DNA of 32,000 bases from the NCBI RefSeq assembly GCF_000020025.1, contig NC_010628.1, positions 7,020,001-7,052,000 on the forward strand. Reading direction: 5' to 3'. Positions 28,401-32,000 of the stretch are shown one piece after another. Within the stretch, counting starts at the first letter, position 1; every line of letters begins with the position of its first letter. The position numbers and the translations under genes are program-made. The notes beneath the pieces were generated by a model. That model ran no database searches. It had not been told where the DNA came from and saw only the letters and a list, made by a program, of their open reading frames with translations. This stretch comes from Nostoc punctiforme PCC 73102. GTDB taxonomy: Bacteria > Cyanobacteriota > Cyanobacteriia > Cyanobacteriales > Nostocaceae.

Positions 28401-29251
28401 TACTCAAAGCCAATAGGGGAGAAATAGAAGAAGCGATCGCCCTTTATCAACAATCCCTCGCTATCACTGAACAAATCGACCATGTCCAAACTCAGGCGGC
28501 GACGTTGCACGAAATGGGAGTACTCAAAGCCAATAGGGGAGAAATAGAAGAAGCGATCGCCCTTTATCAACAATCCCTTGCTATCGAAGAACAAATCGGC
28601 AATGTCCAAGGTCAGGCGGCGACGTTGCACGAAATGGGAGTACTCAAAGCCAATAGGGGAGAAATAGAAGAAGCGATCGCCCTTTATCAACAATCCCTCG
28701 CTATCAAAGAACAAATCGGCGATGTCCAAGGTCAGGCGGCGACGTTGCACGAAATGGGAGTACTCAAAGCCAATAGGGGAGAAATAGAAGAAGCGATCGC
28801 CCTTTATCAACAATCCCTCGCTATCAAAGAACAAATCGGCGATGTCAAAACTCAGGCGGCGACGTTTCACCAACTGGGAATACTCAAAGCCGATAGCGGA
28901 GAAATAGAAGAAGCGATCGCCCTTTATCAACAATCCCTCGCTATCACTGAACAAATCGGCAATGTCCAAACTCAGGCGGCGACGTTGCACTGTTTGGGAA
29001 TACTCAAAGCCAATAGCGGAGAAATAGAAGAAGCGATCGCCCTTTATCAACAATCCCTCGCTATCACTGAACAAATCGGCGATGTCCAAACTCAGGCTAT
29101 GACTTTGTGGTGGTTAGGACATATAGCAGAACAACAGGGAAATTATAATCAAGCACTAGATTATTTGCAGCCAGCCTTGGAGATATTGCAGCGTATCCAA
29201 TCTCCTGATGCTGAGGAAGTTAGGCAAATGGTAGCGAGGTGCAAGATTTAA
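25499..29251 (+). CDS. CHAT (caspase-like protease) / P-loop STAND-like NTPase / TPR-repeat protein, 1250 aa
   Basis: GTG start. CHAT dyad candidates are His212 in 'DVLHLTGHATF' (26132-26134) and Cys256 in 'LIFLSGCRTGQ' (26264-26266). Walker A 'HGMGGLGKSS' starts at 26720 and Walker B 'FLLVLDDFE' is at 26951-26968. The C-terminal 400 aa are TPR-like repeats 'GEIEEAIALYQQSLAI.EQIG'. Confidence 0.9.
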   Translation: MQTLHLDLKPVDDNYVELRYFVDNPNQYEKRSLCLTEIADLIKLAERDYYVSFFPEDYTVTGRRLYNWLDGSDRWLQPLLDKYRREGIVLAIATSEKLAHLPWEVLHDGNGFLVQRVPAIVPVRWVSDSTVKKLTIDGEAENRALQVLFMATSPLNVEPVLDFEGEEARILEATKRQPLALTVEESGCLSELGYLVDGYGKDYFDVLHLTGHATFQDGQPRFITETATGEAFYASAGDIAQELQFQLPKLIFLSGCRTGQAGNSGSVPSMAEELLKSGAKAVLGWGQKVLDADATAAAAALYEELSAGKQIAEAVACTYQALIKNNAWDWHLLRLYAAGNLPSSLVTPRGKPGRKPAPPLSVSTQFLDAAGKVKVPTRESFVGRRRQLQSCLRVLSQSTDEVGVLIHGMGGLGKSSLAARLCDRLPNFERVVWVGRIDEASLVSRLAEKLDDNEQRKSLQNYDEELRFRLRRVFQDLHEQAKPFLLVLDDFEVNLETSPPTPLRGGEGSPVPPFPSREGGLGGLGRLQTEAAEVMKALVWAIKENYTSHRIIITCRYDFEFTLLQYFHKQPLDALQGADLQKKFNRLTAFSAKSQVDEALKSQAQKLADGNPRLLEWLDKILQNTTVDVAAILNRLAADPVELREQVLAEALLQQMDSTMREMLARGLVFELPIPREALAAVCDTIPNLEDYISRAVALGLLEVSHDEALRVPRILPVQLPEDGEALHKQAAEVLYRLWWEEVKTEIEEQRLEIHRLAFRGKVNKITVEIAGKLARSWKSQSRFREAVQLCKSTLELAEDYLVLHELARSEQELGDVNKAQTHYQQALDNCPAEDEEEKAAIIHNLGILKANSGEIEEAIALYQQSLAITEQIGNVQTQAATLHCLGILKANSGEIEEAIALYQQSLAITEQIGDVQGKAATLHCLGMLKANRGEIEEAIALYQQSLAIEEQIGNVQGQAATLHEMGVLKANRGEIEEAIALYQQSLAITEQIDHVQTQAATLHEMGVLKANRGEIEEAIALYQQSLAIEEQIGNVQGQAATLHEMGVLKANRGEIEEAIALYQQSLAIKEQIGDVQGQAATLHEMGVLKANRGEIEEAIALYQQSLAIKEQIGDVKTQAATFHQLGILKADSGEIEEAIALYQQSLAITEQIGNVQTQAATLHCLGILKANSGEIEEAIALYQQSLAITEQIGDVQTQAMTLWWLGHIAEQQGNYNQALDYLQPALEILQRIQSPDAEEVRQMVARCKI
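26987..27073 (+). repeat. GC-rich double-hairpin element inserted in frame in the NTPase domain
   Basis: Hairpin 1: cccctctccg (27000-27009) pairs with cggagagggg (27013-27022). Hairpin 2: ccccccttccct (27032-27043) pairs with agggaagggggg (27047-27058). Both stems are perfect. The translation is low-complexity, 'SPPTPLRGGEGSPVPPFPSREGGLGGLG'. The 'cccccaacccc' motif also occurs in the 19146-19344 element. Confidence 0.7.
28016..29095 (+). repeat. Nine tandem, near-identical 120-nt (40-aa) TPR-like coding repeats
   Basis: The period is exactly 120 nt. A core of about 66 nt ('ctcaaagcc.atag.ggagaaatagaagaagcgatcgccctttatcaacaatccct.gctatc') is invariant apart from three variable sites in all nine units, and each unit contains one GCGATCGC. 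Confidence 0.95.
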
Positions 29252-29271
29252 TTCGTAATTCGTAATTCGTA
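29250..29271. repeat. Heptanucleotide tandem repeat (aattcgt x3)
   Basis: Read directly. It begins within the stop codon of the CHAT gene. Confidence 0.8.
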
Positions 29272-29386
29272 GTACCCTACGGGAAGCAAGCTACGTAATT
29301 GGGAAAGTCGGAATTTAATTTGGCTTTGCGGGTTGGCAGCGATCGCCTATTTTGAAGAATTCCTGTAAGCGATCGCCTATTTTGCG

Positions 29387-29680
29387 TTAAGTTGATTTAT
29401 CCACGAGTCTTTGAACTCCATTAATGAGCCTTTGATACTCATTAAAGAGGTTCTGAACTCCATTAATGAGTCTTTGATACTCATTAAAGAGGTTCTGAAC
29501 TCCATTAATGAGCCTTTGAGCTTCATTAAAGAGTCTTTGAACTTCATTAATGAGCCTTTGATACTCATTAAAGAGGTTCTGAACTCCATTAATGAGTCTT
29601 TGATACTCGTTCAGCAGTTTTTTAGACTTGTGGCTTAGTTGTTGGAGATTGCGATCGCCATAATTCACCCCGAAGCACAT
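29387..29680 (-). CDS. Candidate small coiled-coil protein encoded by the 42-nt repeat (frame and strand uncertain)
   Basis: 97-aa ORF with an ATG start. It reads as heptads 'LFNEYQR LINGVQN' with hydrophobic a/d/e positions and no prolines. The other open frames are less helix-compatible. Confidence 0.35.
   Translation of the reverse strand: MCFGVNYGDRNLQQLSHKSKKLLNEYQRLINGVQNLFNEYQRLINEVQRLFNEAQRLINGVQNLFNEYQRLINGVQNLFNEYQRLINGVQRLVDKST
29401..29617. repeat. Tandem 42-nt repeat (two 21-nt half-units), about 5 copies
   Basis: The units start at 29414, 29456, 29498, 29540 and 29582: 'aactccattaatgagcctttgatactcattaaagaggttctg' with a few substitutions. Confidence 0.9.
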
Positions 29681-29803
29681 CCTAAACCAAAGAATCTGGA
29701 TTTACACCAAGCACTCTGAGACGTTCTGCTAGCATTTCCAGGATATTCTTTGCCTTCACGGAACCCGCAAACATACTTAACTAGTAAACGTAATATTTTG
29801 AGT

Positions 29804-29829
29804 AAAAGGCTCATTTAGATGAGCCTTTT
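29804..29829. terminator. Palindromic hairpin, possible bidirectional terminator downstream of the pirin gene
   Basis: Perfect 11-bp stem: aaaaggctcat (29804-29814) pairs with atgagcctttt (29819-29829) across a 4-nt loop. The A/T runs sit inside the arms. Confidence 0.5.
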
Positions 29830-29994
29830 AGGTGATTTCTCACAAAGAATATACCCAGGTTGACGAGTTTCGACTTCTCTGCGAGACGCTACGCGAACGC
29901 TCAACTCTCGATTCCTTAGTTGGTTGAGCGGAGTCGAAACCAACGGCGACAGTAGATTTATTAACGGAAATTGCCTTAACAGAGAAAGGAGATA

Positions 29995-30711
29995 TTAGCC
30001 TAAATCGAAAAGCAAGATTTCGCCGCCGATGTTGGTGCTAATTTCTAGCTGTTCTTCGCCATTGATTTGCACACCATCGCCGGCTCTGAGTTCTTCTCCA
30101 TTTAAATCGACTATACCTTGGGCTACTTGTAACCAGGCATAGCGATCGCTTTTGACTTGATAATTAACAACATCACCTGACTCTAAAACAGATGTATATA
30201 GCTCAACATCTTGGTGAATTGTTACAGCACCATCGCGCCCATCTTTAGAGGCAATTAAGCGGAGTTTACCGCGCTTTTCTTCGAGAGGAAAAGCTTTTTG
30301 TTCGTATCTTGGCGTTATTCCTTCTCGATCGGGAAGAATCCAGATTTGCAGTAAGTGCAGTGGTTCAGTTGGTGAAGGATTAAATTCGCTGTGGCTGATT
30401 CCAGTTCCAGCACTCATAATTTGGGCATCACCGGGGCGAATTACCGAACCAGTCCCCAAGCTGTCTTTATGCTCTACAGCACCTTCTAACACATAAGTGA
30501 GGATTTCCATGTCACGATGACTGTGGGTAGGGAATCCTGCACCGGGAGCGATGCGATCGTCGTTAATCACGCGCAGAGAGCGAAATCCCATACGGTTGGG
30601 ATCGTAAAAACTACCGAAAGAAAATGTGTGATAGCTATCGAGCCAGCCCATTTTCGCGTGACCACGGGCATTGCGATCGTGAATTAAGTGGGTAATTGTA
30701 TTTTGAGACAT
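29995..30711 (-). CDS. Pirin-family protein (bicupin, quercetinase-like)
   Basis: 238 aa. '[65 protein letters not shown]' is the canonical pirin N-terminal cupin with metal-binding His residues. Confidence 0.9.
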   Translation of the reverse strand: MSQNTITHLIHDRNARGHAKMGWLDSYHTFSFGSFYDPNRMGFRSLRVINDDRIAPGAGFPTHSHRDMEILTYVLEGAVEHKDSLGTGSVIRPGDAQIMSAGTGISHSEFNPSPTEPLHLLQIWILPDREGITPRYEQKAFPLEEKRGKLRLIASKDGRDGAVTIHQDVELYTSVLESGDVVNYQVKSDRYAWLQVAQGIVDLNGEELRAGDGVQINGEEQLEISTNIGGEILLFDLG

Positions 30712-31102
30712 AAATCTACCTCTTTGTTAATGAGTATTTAGTTAGGAACGACTCAATTTTGGATTTTAGATTTTAGACTTTCCTGCGGAACGCTACGCGT
30801 AGCTTGCTTCCCCGCAGGGATACGCTCAGTGAACTATTTTAAATTGCAGGAAAAATCTAAAGTTGGTATTTGAAATCAAAATCGAATTAGCATACTTTTT
30901 CACTCACCTAATAACTTCTTCAAGTTTAAGTATTAATTTTGATGGATGACTTGTTGAAGATATTGGTGAATTTCTTGACTTCCTTTTGAACTATTTCAAT
31001 AGTAAGGTATATACATATAAATGAAAAGTACGCACTTAAAAGTGACGTACTTACCAAAAAGATACTATTAGATTTAAGAAAGACTACTTTTCTCAGAAGT
31101 GC

Positions 31103-31675
31103 TTATTTTACAGCAGCAGGAATCTTTTGAGTTTTAGTAGTACCAGCGTTACCATTCTCTTCTTTGATTTCTGCTATTTGTAGATGAGCTTCTAAGAACC
31201 AGAGTCGTTTGTCAATGGTACGAGAAATTTCGGTGTAAAGATCGGCAGTATCGAGGTCGTCTAATTCATCAGTTTTTGCGATCGCTTCTCTAATATGTTT
31301 CGCATAGAGTGCAAAGCGATCTGCTAAGGCTGTCACATGATCTTTACCATCCAAAATATCTAAGGGATATTCTGGCAGAATTGAATTACTAGCTGCGGCG
31401 CGGGCTGTTCCGAAAGCGTATCCGCCTAAAGCTGTGACGCGTTCAGCTACTAAATCGATGTATCCTTCCAATTCCCCAGCAAGTTCATCAAATAATAGAT
31501 GTAGCTGATAGAAGTCAGTTCCTTTAACATTCCAATGCGCTTGCTTTGCTTGGGTTTTTAAATCCGAAGTAGCTGCTAAGGTTTGGTTGAGAAGTACCAC
31601 GATTTGAACTCTCGCTTTGGCGGGAATGTCAATACGGGTAGGGTAAAGACGTGATGCAATGCTGTTGTCGCTCAT
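31103..31675 (-). CDS. dps: Dps-family ferritin-like DNA-protection protein
   Basis: 190 aa. 'KQAHWNVKGTDFYQLHLLFDE' and 'ERVTALGG' are Dps ferroxidase-site motifs. Confidence 0.9.
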   Translation of the reverse strand: MSDNSIASRLYPTRIDIPAKARVQIVVLLNQTLAATSDLKTQAKQAHWNVKGTDFYQLHLLFDELAGELEGYIDLVAERVTALGGYAFGTARAAASNSILPEYPLDILDGKDHVTALADRFALYAKHIREAIAKTDELDDLDTADLYTEISRTIDKRLWFLEAHLQIAEIKEENGNAGTTKTQKIPAAVK

Positions 31676-31831
31676 GGGTCTACGTTGTTAATGCCTTTTA
31701 AATCTAACTTTACAGATATTGGCTGGTTGTGCGAAACTCTCTGACGATGGATTGTATTAATGCCTGAATGTGTTACTGTTTAAGGCTTTATACCATTTGG
31801 AATTTTAGATTGGTCAAGTTAAAAATGACAT

Positions 31832-32000
31832 TTAGATGTGATGGTTTTCTATGGTATTAAATGTACCACCAAAAAGCCGATCGCGAATTACATCATTCTG
31901 CAAAAAGTCATGGGGAAAACCCAGTTCAATTTTGCTAATTTCATCTAAGCGTTGCAAATGTTCTGGCGAGAGGCTGACTTCTATTGAAGCTAAGTTATCT
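31832..32000 (-). CDS. Aldo/keto reductase, C-terminal end only (partial at the window edge)
   Basis: My own minus-strand translation gives '...DNLASIEVSLSPEHLQRLDEISKIELGFPHDFLQNDVIRDRLFGGTFNTIENHHI*' (stop at 31832-31834). This is the typical AKR C-terminal pattern. The ORF is too short to appear in the track. Confidence 0.6.
   Translation of the reverse strand, partial: DNLASIEVSLSPEHLQRLDEISKIELGFPHDFLQNDVIRDRLFGGTFNTIENHHI

Noticed and set aside
27980-29089. 369-aa antisense ORF across the TPR array ('DIADLFSDSEGLLIKGDRFFYFSAIGFEYS' repeated)
   Set aside because: It is a by-product of the tandem repeat. Once one unit lacks stops in a frame, all units do. The sense frame belongs to a continuous 1250-aa protein with clear CHAT, P-loop and TPR motifs.
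28016-29617. Possible CRISPR arrays (the regular 120-nt and 42-nt periodicities)
   Set aside because: The units are contiguous, with no unique spacers between them. The 120-nt array is plainly coding. No cas genes are present.
29411-29638. Plus-strand 75-aa ORF and second minus-strand 70-aa ORF (29377-29589) in the 42-nt repeat
   Set aside because: The plus frame places Pro in every other heptad ('LNSINEP'). The alternative minus frame is Met/Ser/Gly-rich. Both are less plausible than the 97-aa heptad frame, which is itself only a low-confidence call.

Overview
The window is chromosomal DNA from a filamentous heterocyst-forming cyanobacterium. GCGATCGC (HIP1) palindromes are frequent, and heptanucleotide tandem repeats and small dispersed hairpin repeats are common. 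The ORF at 10863 opens with the 36-aa C-terminal half of the split DnaE intein, which matches from memory the widely used Nostoc punctiforme (Npu) DnaE IntC. The source is therefore N. punctiforme PCC 73102 or a very close relative.

Most of the window holds ordinary genes:
- a 5'-truncated multi-GAF/PAS hybrid histidine kinase
- a CyaB-type GAF-GAF-PAS adenylate cyclase
- a PatA-type (PATAN+REC) regulator behind a 1.4-kb ORF-free leader
- an SGNH hydrolase
- dnaE-C
- a two-gene ABC system (duplicated permease plus ATPase with a C-terminal extension)
- a pentapeptide-repeat protein
- a LysR regulator divergent from a CadD-family transporter
- a DUF202 protein, a SAM methyltransferase, a pirin, a Dps and a partial aldo/keto reductase

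The best candidate for an undescribed system lies at about 24.0-29.3 kb. A small hydrophobic-helix protein gene, split by an in-frame TGA, sits 81 nt upstream of a 1250-aa protein. That protein has a CHAT (caspase-like) domain, a P-loop STAND-like NTPase and a TPR region. The TPR region contains nine near-identical 120-nt units whose differences are almost all nonsynonymous and cluster in about 11 codons. An orphan TraL/ParA-like ATPase gene lies divergently upstream.

Secondary observations:
- small repeat elements inserted in frame in three ORFs
- an AT-rich islet after dnaE-C carrying an orphan PD-(D/E)XK-like gene and a decayed Wzz-like gene
- a 42-nt tandem repeat open in several frames that encodes heptad repeats

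No rRNA, tRNA or CRISPR array was recognised.
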